The translations under genes were made by a program, and so were the position numbers. From the IMG/VR virus record IMGVR_UViG_3300045988_140747: a stretch of 64,000 nucleotides of DNA, one strand, 5' to 3'. Origin of the DNA: a virus. The stretch's first letter is position 1. Every line of letters begins with the position of its first letter. Below are positions 52,726 through 61,173 of this stretch, piece after piece. The notes under the pieces were generated by a model. That model worked only from the letters and a program-made list of their open reading frames with translations, was not told the DNA's origin and did no database searches.

Positions 52726-55641
52726 ATGATCGAGTTCCCCATCACGCTGACATCCGGCGGCAGCGTATGCATGCCCGGGTACGTATTTGCGCTGGCCCTC
52801 GGCTACACCAAGAACCTGGGCGTGTACCGCCTGCACGTCGATGCAACCGGCGAGTGGGAAGGGCTGACTATCCGCTGCTTCTGGCACGTGCCGGACGGCA
52901 AAGATCCGTCATCCTCGTTGGTGGTGGACGGCTATGTGGACGTGCCCGCCAGCGTGACCGCACAGCCCGGGAGCGGGTGCATCACCTTTGAGGGCAGCGA
53001 TGACACCAAGAACATCACCAGCGCAGACCTGCACTACCGTGTAAGTGCCAACTCAGGCACAGAGGATGGCACAGAGCCGGAACCGGGCACCCCTGCATGG
53101 CAGCAGCTGGTGGATGCCGTGCACACTGACGCCACCGCCGCAGAGCAGGCCAAGACCGATGCACAGACGGCAGCACAGCAGGCCGGGGCATCTGCCCAAA
53201 AGGCTGGGAATGCCCTTTCTGACACCATTACCGCCAAAGAGGATGCTCTGAAAGCCACCAAAGACGCACAGACCGCTGCTAGTGAAGCCAGTGCATCAGC
53301 CGAAAATGCTGCGCTTGCACAAGTTACAGCATCTCAACTTGCAGGACAGGCAGCGGGCAGTGCGTCTGAAGCTCAAAACAGTGCCACTAAGGCTGCTGCG
53401 AGTCAACAGACCGCCGAAAGCAATGCAGCAGCTGCACAAGGGAGCGCCACAAAGGCCGAGGCATCAGCTTCTACAGCTGTTCAGGGACAACAGCGTGCGG
53501 AGGCGGCAGCAGCCCGTGCCGAAACCGCACAGCAGCAGACTGAAAGTGCCAGCACTGACGCGCTGGATAAAATCAGCTCTGCAAAAACTGATGCACTGAA
53601 AGCCATCGGTAACAAGCAGACTTCTGCCACCACTGCAGTAGAAAGCGCTCAGGGAAAAGCTCTTGACGCTGTGGCTGATGCCAAGAACACCGCCGTAACA
53701 GCCGTGACCGATGCTCAGACCGCCGCCACACAGGCAGTGGGCACTGTCCAAGCTAATGCCATTCAGCAGATGAAATCCACAAAAACAGACGCTCTGAAAG
53801 CCATCGGTGACAAGCAGACCGCCGCCACGCAGGCTGTGGACACGGCCCGGGACAAGGCCCTCCAGCAGGTGGGAGCCTCTACAGAAGCCGCACAGACCGC
53901 AGCCAATAAAGCCGCCACCAGTGCGGGCAATGCAGACCAGAGCGCTCAGAAGGCCGCTGGCAGTCTGCAGGAGCTCAAGAACGGCATCGCAAGCGGTGAC
54001 TTCAAAGGCGAGCCCGGCAACGACGGGAAATCTCCAGTTGTAACTGTACTTGGCATCGAAAATGGCCATCGTGTTAGCATCACTGACAAAGACGGTACCA
54101 AAACAATTGATGTCTTGAATGGCAAAGACGGCAAAGATGCTCCACAAATTGATGACACCACTGTGGGGCTTGACGCATGGAGCAGCAAGCACATCGTGGA
54201 TATGCTCTGTCCGCCGCTTGAGGAGACCGGGAACCCGGTGCAGTGTTATCCTGTGGCGGAATATCCGCTGGGCTGTAAGGTGAGCTGGGAACCCGTGCAG
54301 GAAGGCAGTGGAACACCGTATCCGGCAGGTGGCGGAAAAAACCTGTTTAATCCTGCATGGATGCCAGAAAAAACCTTGAACAATGGATTAACATGGACAA
54401 CGACCTCCGATGGCACTGTAACAGCAAACGGAACGGCAAATGGGACTTCATACTACAATTCTGATTATTTTTCGCTCCCTGCGGGCACATACACGATTAG
54501 CGCAATGCCGTATTCCCGTATGTCAATTCTCAATAGGGATGTAGGCGATACTACAGTTGCTGCCCAACAGGTTGGGCAGCCGTGTACATTTACGGTAGAG
54601 ACTGACATACAAAATGCCTCCTTGTTTTTTGCCACCTCTGGCATACTGGATAATGTTTCGGCAAAACCGCAGATAGAGAAAGGCACGACTGCAACAGCCT
54701 ATGCACCCTACGAAAACATTCGCTCGATTAAGGGCAAGGGCAGCGTGACGGTCGAGCGGTGCGGGGGAAATCTGCTGAATCCAAAAGAGAACGCCAATGA
54801 TACATATACTCCGTATGGCCTAACGATAACTTATATTGGGGATAACAAGGTTCATTTAAGTGGAACTTACCAAGAAAACGGCGGCAGCTTTGCCATCCTT
54901 GACACTCAGCAAAAACTTCTTGCGGGAAAAGGGCTGAAAATCACCGGATTTACGGTAGCCGGAACAAAACAAAGCTACACTCTTTACGGACTACGGACAA
55001 AAAACGAAACCGTTATTGCTATGAGTGCACAGTTTGCAAAAGGCGATGTTATTGATATGACTGTCGCTGTTGTCGTGTCAGGCACCACCGCCCCTACCAC
55101 TTACGCCCCTTACACCGGCCAAACCGCCACCCTCACTCTGCCCCGCACCATCTACGGCGGCACGGTGGATGCAGTGACAGGAGAGGGAAACGAAAACGCA
55201 AAGATTATCACGCTGGACGGCAACGAACTGAAATTTGTCAAAGCCAACATCTATATCAACCTCCCGAATCATTCTGCACCGGGGATTTCAAAAGGTGGAA
55301 TTGTTTGTTGTAGTCACTTTAACAAAAGGCTTTTTGCCGTGAATACGACTTACGAGTTTTGTTTTTTGTTAGAGTCTGATATGACTAGTCTTTTTGCCAG
55401 TGTTGACGACCTGAATGCCTACCTTGCTGCCCAGTACGCAGCCGGAACTCCCGTGCAAATCGCTTACAAGCTGGCAGAGCCTATGCCCTTCACTGCACCT
55501 GGTGCACAGCCCATCCCCGCTCTGAGCGGCGTGAACACAGTCCTGACCGATGCAGACAGTGCAACCGTTACCGGCAAGGCTGACCCCATCAAACGCATTA
55601 CTGACCTTGAGGACGCAGTAGCGTCCATGACAACGACCTAA
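52726..55641 (+). CDS. Large tail fibre / receptor-binding protein (971 aa)
   Basis: AAGGAGG RBS. It contains an Ala/Gln/Thr-rich coiled coil with internal duplicated units (TDALKAIGNKQTSATTAV / TDALKAIGDKQTAATQAV), a short collagen-like GEPGNDGKSP and a beta-rich C-terminal half. Confidence 0.6.
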   Translation: MIEFPITLTSGGSVCMPGYVFALALGYTKNLGVYRLHVDATGEWEGLTIRCFWHVPDGKDPSSSLVVDGYVDVPASVTAQPGSGCITFEGSDDTKNITSADLHYRVSANSGTEDGTEPEPGTPAWQQLVDAVHTDATAAEQAKTDAQTAAQQAGASAQKAGNALSDTITAKEDALKATKDAQTAASEASASAENAALAQVTASQLAGQAAGSASEAQNSATKAAASQQTAESNAAAAQGSATKAEASASTAVQGQQRAEAAAARAETAQQQTESASTDALDKISSAKTDALKAIGNKQTSATTAVESAQGKALDAVADAKNTAVTAVTDAQTAATQAVGTVQANAIQQMKSTKTDALKAIGDKQTAATQAVDTARDKALQQVGASTEAAQTAANKAATSAGNADQSAQKAAGSLQELKNGIASGDFKGEPGNDGKSPVVTVLGIENGHRVSITDKDGTKTIDVLNGKDGKDAPQIDDTTVGLDAWSSKHIVDMLCPPLEETGNPVQCYPVAEYPLGCKVSWEPVQEGSGTPYPAGGGKNLFNPAWMPEKTLNNGLTWTTTSDGTVTANGTANGTSYYNSDYFSLPAGTYTISAMPYSRMSILNRDVGDTTVAAQQVGQPCTFTVETDIQNASLFFATSGILDNVSAKPQIEKGTTATAYAPYENIRSIKGKGSVTVERCGGNLLNPKENANDTYTPYGLTITYIGDNKVHLSGTYQENGGSFAILDTQQKLLAGKGLKITGFTVAGTKQSYTLYGLRTKNETVIAMSAQFAKGDVIDMTVAVVVSGTTAPTTYAPYTGQTATLTLPRTIYGGTVDAVTGEGNENAKIITLDGNELKFVKANIYINLPNHSAPGISKGGIVCCSHFNKRLFAVNTTYEFCFLLESDMTSLFASVDDLNAYLAAQYAAGTPVQIAYKLAEPMPFTAPGAQPIPALSGVNTVLTDADSATVTGKADPIKRITDLEDAVASMTTT

Positions 55642-55654
55642 AGGAGGACTGACT

Positions 55655-55873
55655 ATGGCTATCAAAAGCAAAGCCCGCCATGACCTGACCCTGCGCTCCA
55701 TCAAGCGGGAGATTTCCGCAGGACGTGACGTGGCATACTGGCTGGACAAAGCGTACACCCATCTGGACAGCGGATTGTTGGACGCCGACGACGTCGCAGA
55801 GGTGGAAGCCCTTGCACAGGCGTACTACGATGCACTGGATGCGGCGGACGCTGAGGAAATCACGCAGGAGTAA
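55655..55873 (+). CDS. Hypothetical protein (72 aa)
   Basis: AAAGGAGGA RBS. Confidence 0.4.
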   Translation: MAIKSKARHDLTLRSIKREISAGRDVAYWLDKAYTHLDSGLLDADDVAEVEALAQAYYDALDAADAEEITQE

Positions 55874-56166
55874 AAAATCAGCAGATTGGAAGCAGATTGC
55901 TCTTTTATACCTTATTATAATAGGACAGTCCGCAAAATGTCCGTCGGACAATCCAACGGACATTCCGAAACGGTATTTAAAAATTTGTCGAAAAATTGCC
56001 GTGATTTGTTGCGCTCTCAAAAAAATCGGTCAAATTTTGCTGCCCAGAAGCGCAATATATGTGTCATTTTCTGACAATGAACACAATATTTGCACTATTA
56101 TGGACAGTACTGTGGATTTTCCGCGTGACAATCCACAGCAAATCCAGACATATACCGTAACCGTAA

Positions 56167-56260
56167 CCATATAGTTATATATTATATATATTTTATGATT
56201 ATATATTAAGCTTAGAGTATTAAATATATTATTAGATGGATGTATAGTATAACTATATGG
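56167..56260. repeat. 13-bp inverted repeat flanking a ~68-bp almost pure A/T segment
   Basis: CCATATAGTTATA (56167-56179) and TATAACTATATGG (56248-56260). Confidence 0.8.
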
Positions 56261-56286
56261 ATGGCATCTGTTGATGAACCTTGGCG

Positions 56287-56313
56287 GGCTGATTTTATCG
56301 GCCTTTTTATTTT
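56287..56313 (+). terminator. Rho-independent terminator
   Basis: Stem ggctgat/atcggcc, loop TTT, then TTTTTATTTT. Confidence 0.55.
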
Positions 56314-56364
56314 GCAAAAAATCAGCTAGTGTCTTACGGCTGACCGGATTGGAGGTGAATCGAA

Positions 56365-56823
56365 ATGAGCCTGAAAGCCATCTGGGAAGCATGGGGACCA
56401 GCTATGGTCACGCCTGCCGTCATTGTTCTGCTGTCTCTTGTGGAGATTGCTCCCATCAAACTCAACCCGTGGTCAGCTATTATTGGATTTTTAAGCAAAA
56501 ACCTAAACGCCGATGTAACGCAGCGGCTTTCTGTTTTGCAGCAGCGGTTGGAGGAAATGCAAAAGAAGCTGGACGAACATGTTGTTACCGATGATGACCG
56601 AGAAGCTAGATCGTGGAGAACGCAAATTTTGCGTTTCAACGATGAACTGATACACGGGGTTCGTCACACAAAAGAGCACTTTGACGAAATGCTCGACATC
56701 GTGCATGACTATGAGAACTACTGCCAAAAGCACAAGAATTTCCCGAATGGAAAGTGCGTCCATGCCATCGACAACATCAACCGCGTGTACGACGAGCTGC
56801 TGGAAAGCCATGATTTTCTATGA
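56365..56823 (+). CDS. N-terminally membrane-anchored protein of the lysis cassette (152 aa)
   Basis: One hydrophobic helix (AMVTPAVIVLLSLVEIA), then a coiled coil. Lies directly upstream of the endolysin. Confidence 0.45.
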   Translation: MSLKAIWEAWGPAMVTPAVIVLLSLVEIAPIKLNPWSAIIGFLSKNLNADVTQRLSVLQQRLEEMQKKLDEHVVTDDDREARSWRTQILRFNDELIHGVRHTKEHFDEMLDIVHDYENYCQKHKNFPNGKCVHAIDNINRVYDELLESHDFL

Positions 56824-56838
56824 AAGGAGATGGTGCCG

Positions 56839-57492
56839 ATGAGCATCGTAACGTTTAAGCGTGGAGACCACACAGCACTGACAAGAAACTTCACCCGTAA
56901 CGAATTTGAGTGTCCCTGCGGCTGCGGACAGCAGTCGGTTGATACGGAGCTGGCCGAAAAGCTCCAGCTCATCCGGGACAAGGTAGACCGCCCGCTGAAG
57001 ATCACATCCGGCTACCGTTGTATTCCGCATAATGCGGCGGTTAAAGGAAGTTCGGGCAGTAAGCACCGCTATGGCATGGCGGCGGACTGGAGGACGGAGA
57101 ACCGCAGCATCAACCCGGTGGCACTGGGCATCCTTGCTCAGGCCGTGGGGTTCGGCGGCATCGGTATCTACTGGCACAGCCGTGGGGCTTTTGTTCACGC
57201 CGACACCCGTGGCACGAAAGCGACGTGGCTCTGCACCACACCGGGAAAGTACCCCAGCACGACCTACAACAAGTTCTTGTTGCCCACCATCCGTCGGGGC
57301 TGCACCGGGGACTCGAACCGCAGTGCTACCATCATGCTCCAGAAGCTCCTGAAGCTGAAGGCTGATGGTCTGTTCGGCGAGGCCACCGAAAACGCCCTGC
57401 TGAAGGCGCAGGAGGCGCATGGCCTGACTGTGGACGGCATCTGCGGCCCTGCATCGTGGAAGGCGCTGTCTGGCGCTGACAAGTACCTGTGA
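56839..57492 (+). CDS. Endolysin: peptidase M15A-like domain + PG_binding_1 domain
   Basis: FTRNEFECPCGCG...SGYRC..HN...G.S.S.H..G.AAD...HADTR (Zn ligands H, D, H). C-terminal LQKLLKLKADGLFGEATENALLKAQEAHGLTVDGICGPASW. Confidence 0.8.
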   Translation: MSIVTFKRGDHTALTRNFTRNEFECPCGCGQQSVDTELAEKLQLIRDKVDRPLKITSGYRCIPHNAAVKGSSGSKHRYGMAADWRTENRSINPVALGILAQAVGFGGIGIYWHSRGAFVHADTRGTKATWLCTTPGKYPSTTYNKFLLPTIRRGCTGDSNRSATIMLQKLLKLKADGLFGEATENALLKAQEAHGLTVDGICGPASWKALSGADKYL

Positions 57493-57507
57493 GAGGAGAT
57501 AGGCTCT

Positions 57508-57759
57508 ATGACGAATAGCAAAGTGTCCATCGCTACGCTGGCCCGCACGGCCGCTCTGGCGTTCGCTCTTACGAATCAGGTTTTGAGTGCCTGTGGCAAA
57601 CCGATACTTCCTATCGAGAGCCAGACGGTTGAACAGTTTGTGTCTGCTGGCCTGACTGTCGCTGCCGCTATTCCTGCTTGGTGGAGCAACAACAGCTTTA
57701 CCGCAGCCGCTATCGAAGGCGACAAGCTGATGAACAATCTAAAAAATCGGATTCACTGA
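57508..57759 (+). CDS. Holin (phi LC3 / Phage_holin_4_1-like)
   Basis: Two hydrophobic segments and the AWWSNNSFTAAA signature. Confidence 0.6.
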   Translation: MTNSKVSIATLARTAALAFALTNQVLSACGKPILPIESQTVEQFVSAGLTVAAAIPAWWSNNSFTAAAIEGDKLMNNLKNRIH

Positions 57760-57774
57760 AAGGAGTAAAAAACA

Positions 57775-58179
57775 ATGAATGATCTTCTTCGCAATTTGGT
57801 GTACATTGCACTGCTGGTTTGCATTCCTTTTGCCACAGCATGCGTGAAGAAAGGAATCTCTCTGCTGGTTGAAATGGCAACCGACAAGATCGAGAATGAC
57901 AAGATTGACCGTATCGTCCGAGAAATCGGTAATGCCGTTTCTGATGCTGTTGCCGCTTGCAATCAGACGTACGTTGATGACCTCAAGAAAGTTGGAAAAT
58001 TCGACGAGAAGGCACAGAAGGAGGCACTGCAGCGTGCCCTGTCTGCCGCAATCAAGTCCTTGAGCTCTGATGCAATGAAGTATATTAAGGACAACTACGG
58101 CGACACCACCAGCTATCTGGAAGATAAAATCCATGCAACCATTGGAGAGAATAAGCTGGCAAAGAAAATCTCTGCTTGA
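57775..58179 (+). CDS. LL-H-family holin-like protein
   Basis: A single N-terminal TM (LVYIALLVCIPFATA) followed by a long helical domain. Confidence 0.5.
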   Translation: MNDLLRNLVYIALLVCIPFATACVKKGISLLVEMATDKIENDKIDRIVREIGNAVSDAVAACNQTYVDDLKKVGKFDEKAQKEALQRALSAAIKSLSSDAMKYIKDNYGDTTSYLEDKIHATIGENKLAKKISA

Positions 58180-58223
58180 CGCCTCCTGAAAAACGAATAG
58201 TATCTGAATTTCCCCCGTCTTGG

Positions 58224-58256
58224 CTCCCGCCGAGGCGGGGGATTTTTTGTTTTTTG
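58224..58256 (+). terminator. Rho-independent terminator ending the late operon
   Basis: Stem ctcccgc/gcggggg, loop cgag, then ATTTTTTGTTTTTT. Confidence 0.75.
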
Positions 58257-58465
58257 CAGAAAGTGCTCCAAATACGCAATAGACATAATTAACAAACTTT
58301 AGAACAATTTTTTTACATTTACGTCTCACCGGGTTTTCAGAAAAAACCAATACACACATACCCCGAATCAAAAAACGCCGCAAATAGGCTAAAATTGACC
58401 TCTTACGCAAAATGACCCCGAAAGAAAATACTCTGAACAATATTTTTGAAAATAGCGAAAAATAC

Positions 58466-58493
58466 TTGACTTTACCAATCGGTATGGTATCGT
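58466..58493 (+). promoter_or_regulatory. Sigma-70-type promoter (variant D)
   Basis: TTGACT, 16-nt spacer, TATCGT; upstream of the 58532 gene. Confidence 0.45.
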
Positions 58494-58531
58494 AAAGATA
58501 CGGAAATATTCACAGAATACAGGAGGTCAAC

Positions 58532-58906
58532 ATGGAAGTAAAGAAGTTCAACAAAATCTCGGAACTCGCCGCTTACAGAAAGGACGATAACAGCTTCGAG
58601 AACGGAGAATACATCGCGGTTGTCGATGTCCTTGGGAAGATTGAGCAGGCAGCTGCATTCGTCCAGAAGCACAGCTGGCGGGAGGCCGTGGATGAATTCT
58701 TCGGCTCCCTCACCGATGAGTTCTACGCTGCAAAACTGCACGACCACATTCTCGAATCTTGCGAGAATGGAGTATTCAATAAGCGCGATACGTCTAACGC
58801 CCCTTACGGATTAGACTGGAGCGTTGAGCCGTACGACTACTGCGGTGGCGGCTGCTTCGTCTTTGTTCAGGCTCCGAAAACTATTTCTTCAAAGGCTATT
58901 GCCTGA
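58532..58906 (+). CDS. Hypothetical protein (124 aa)
   Basis: AGGAGG RBS. Confidence 0.45.
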   Translation: MEVKKFNKISELAAYRKDDNSFENGEYIAVVDVLGKIEQAAAFVQKHSWREAVDEFFGSLTDEFYAAKLHDHILESCENGVFNKRDTSNAPYGLDWSVEPYDYCGGGCFVFVQAPKTISSKAIA

Positions 58907-58922
58907 TGGAGGACTGGATTCG

Positions 58923-59186
58923 ATGAAAAGAATCAAAGTGAACTACGAAGCTGCGAAGAATCTGTATACCAGAGATTATGAACACGGAGAAGCCACCACT
59001 GAACTTCTTGTTGATGACTATGTTGCCGCCGAATTGGCGTGGAATGGCAACGGACAGCCTACAGCTGACTCGAATTTGGCATCACTTGAGTTGCTTCTCG
59101 GCCAGCTCGAAAACCTTCGCCATCGGGCATACCTGCATGGAAGCATCAAAAGTGTGAAGATCGTGGAGGACAAAGGCAATGACTGA
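58923..59186 (+). CDS. Hypothetical protein (87 aa)
   Basis: ATG 58923 is in frame with track ORF 58824-59186. Confidence 0.4.
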   Translation: MKRIKVNYEAAKNLYTRDYEHGEATTELLVDDYVAAELAWNGNGQPTADSNLASLELLLGQLENLRHRAYLHGSIKSVKIVEDKGND

Positions 59187-59607
59187 GATTGTAAAAACCG
59201 TTCAGAAGAGACAGTATGTGGCGGATGATGGATCTGTTTTCAATGATCCGGATTCATGTCGGATCCATGAGGAAGAGACAAGGCGAAATGAAGTCGTCGC
59301 TTTGGTGAAGAAAATTCCGTATTTTTGCCATACTCCGGAGTTTGTCGATTCTGACTACACATGGGAGTGGTATCGGGTATCTTCAGATGACGACCTGAAC
59401 ATTGTGAAGGAATATTGTGAGGTCAATGAAGACTCGTTCTCGCATGACTTCAAACCAGGCTCCTACCCTGCATGGGTTGCTGTCTCAAAATGTGATTTCG
59501 ATGGTGCCTGCCAAGTCGAAGGAGCCGTGAAAGACATTGTCGAAAAACTGCATGAATACGAAAATGACCTCATTCAGTTGATTGAAAGCAAAGAAAAGGA
59601 GATTTGA
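59179..59607 (+). CDS. Hypothetical protein (142 aa)
   Basis: Overlapping start. Confidence 0.45.
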   Translation: MTEIVKTVQKRQYVADDGSVFNDPDSCRIHEEETRRNEVVALVKKIPYFCHTPEFVDSDYTWEWYRVSSDDDLNIVKEYCEVNEDSFSHDFKPGSYPAWVAVSKCDFDGACQVEGAVKDIVEKLHEYENDLIQLIESKEKEI

Positions 59608-60230
59608 AAATGGAAGACATGAAAGAAAAGTTCCTCAGTATCTACACGAGCAAAATCGCACGCCCTGGAGCAGATAAGCTCCTTGAGTGGCTGAAGAAGT
59701 CCGATTTCTTCAATGCGCCTGCTTCCACCAGATATCACCTTTCCGAACCCGGCGGGCTGGTTACGCACAGCATCCACGTCTATGAGAGATTGAGAGATCT
59801 GTATATCGCGGAGAAATATCGTGAAGTGAAAAAGAATGGAGCGGATAGAGCTGCATCTACCTGCGAACTGTCCGATCAGGAGGAAGAAACTCTTGCAATC
59901 TGTGGCTTGCTCCACGATGCGTGTAAAATCAACTTCTACGTCCCGGGAACGCGGAACGTCAAGAATGAAAAGACCGGCCAGTGGGAAAAGGTTCCGTGCT
60001 ACACTATCGATGACCAACTGCCATACGGCCACGGTGAAAAGAGCGTCTACATCATCAGTGGATTCATGCGCTTGAGCAGGGAAGAGGCAATGGCTATCCG
60101 CTGGCACATGGGCGGCTTTGGTGAAAACAATACGCAAAATGTTAGCGGTGCATTTAGCAAATACCCGCTTGCTGTATTGACTCACCTTGCTGACATGCAG
60201 GCTACCTATCTTGACGAAAACGAAAGCTGA
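59604..60230 (+). CDS. HD-domain phosphohydrolase
   Basis: THSIHVYERL (H..H) and ICGLLHDACK (HD). Confidence 0.6.
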   Translation: MKMEDMKEKFLSIYTSKIARPGADKLLEWLKKSDFFNAPASTRYHLSEPGGLVTHSIHVYERLRDLYIAEKYREVKKNGADRAASTCELSDQEEETLAICGLLHDACKINFYVPGTRNVKNEKTGQWEKVPCYTIDDQLPYGHGEKSVYIISGFMRLSREEAMAIRWHMGGFGENNTQNVSGAFSKYPLAVLTHLADMQATYLDENES

Positions 60231-60237
60231 GGATAGT

Positions 60238-60756
60238 ATGAAAAAAGCTGTACTTGCGAGGATTGACCCTGATGACATATCCCTGATTTTCAGTGGCCTG
60301 AAGACGGTGGATGTTCACCTCGGCATCCCCGACATAAGTGTTCCGTTCACGGTCTATATGTATGCGTCATCTAAAGACCCTGAATGTCCGGGGAATGTCT
60401 TTGGGGAGTTCAAATGCATTGATATCGACAGGTTTGATTGCTCCGGCCTTGGAGTTAAGTTTAAACGCTTTGGCGCATTGTATCAGAGTCGTATGTCGAT
60501 TGAAAAAATGAAAGGCCTTGCAAATGGTGGCGTTGTCTATGGATGGCAAATCGCAAGCATCTTGACGTACGACAAACCGGTTCCTATCACGCAGTTCTAT
60601 GAGCCCTGTGATAAAAACTGCGGCAAATGCACCTATTCCTGCTATGACCCGCACGATGAAATGCCCGGAATTGGTGAGAGCTACTGTGGCATGGGAGATG
60701 TGGAGTCAAACCTCCAGCCTCCTGAAGACTGGTGCTATGTTGAGCCGCTTTGGTAA
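60238..60756 (+). CDS. ASCH/PUA-like domain protein with C-terminal Cys cluster
   Basis: IFSGLKTVDVH... YGWQIASILTYDKPVPI ... PPEDWCYVEP matches the ASCH pattern. Also CDKNCGKCTYSC. Confidence 0.45.
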   Translation: MKKAVLARIDPDDISLIFSGLKTVDVHLGIPDISVPFTVYMYASSKDPECPGNVFGEFKCIDIDRFDCSGLGVKFKRFGALYQSRMSIEKMKGLANGGVVYGWQIASILTYDKPVPITQFYEPCDKNCGKCTYSCYDPHDEMPGIGESYCGMGDVESNLQPPEDWCYVEPLW

Positions 60757-60771
60757 ATCTATGGAGGAAAC

Positions 60772-60942
60772 ATGGAAAAAGACAACAAGAAGAAAAATCT
60801 GCGTCGGGTGAATGTGGTTATCACTGCACAGACCAAGTACAATCTCGAGCATCTGGCCGCAGCCTGCGGCTACAATGGAATCGGAGAGGTCATCGACAAG
60901 CTCACCCGGGAAAAGATGATTTCCCTTAAAGACTGGCAGTAG
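60772..60942 (+). CDS. Ribbon-helix-helix (CopG/Arc-like) small protein (56 aa)
   Basis: GGAGG RBS. LRRVNVVITAQTKYNLEHLAAACGYN fits a beta-strand plus two helices. Below the ORF-track cutoff. Confidence 0.45.
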   Translation: MEKDNKKKNLRRVNVVITAQTKYNLEHLAAACGYNGIGEVIDKLTREKMISLKDWQ

Positions 60943-60957
60943 AAATGGAGGATACCT

Positions 60958-61173
60958 ATGGATCGGACAATTCATGAATGCGCGGTTGACCTTGCGGAGA
61001 TTTTTGACGATCTTCTTGATGAAAAAGAAATCAATGTACCATGCGAAGACTGGCGTGATGAAGCAGAGCGGCGAAGTAACGCAAGTTCTGCCCGAGTGTA
61101 CGGTAGCGAGTACGGTGATCTCATTGATAAAATTGAGGCTCGTCTTGAAACTCTGAAGGAGGATTTGAAATGA
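60958..61173 (+). CDS. Hypothetical acidic protein (71 aa)
   Basis: GGAGGA RBS. Confidence 0.4.
   Translation: MDRTIHECAVDLAEIFDDLLDEKEINVPCEDWRDEAERRSNASSARVYGSEYGDLIDKIEARLETLKEDLK

Noticed and set aside
53583-53880. Diverged internal repeats in the 971-aa fibre, considered as a diversity-generating retroelement template/variable pair.
   Set aside because: No reverse transcriptase gene is in the window. The two units are in-frame coiled-coil duplications within one gene rather than a non-coding template.
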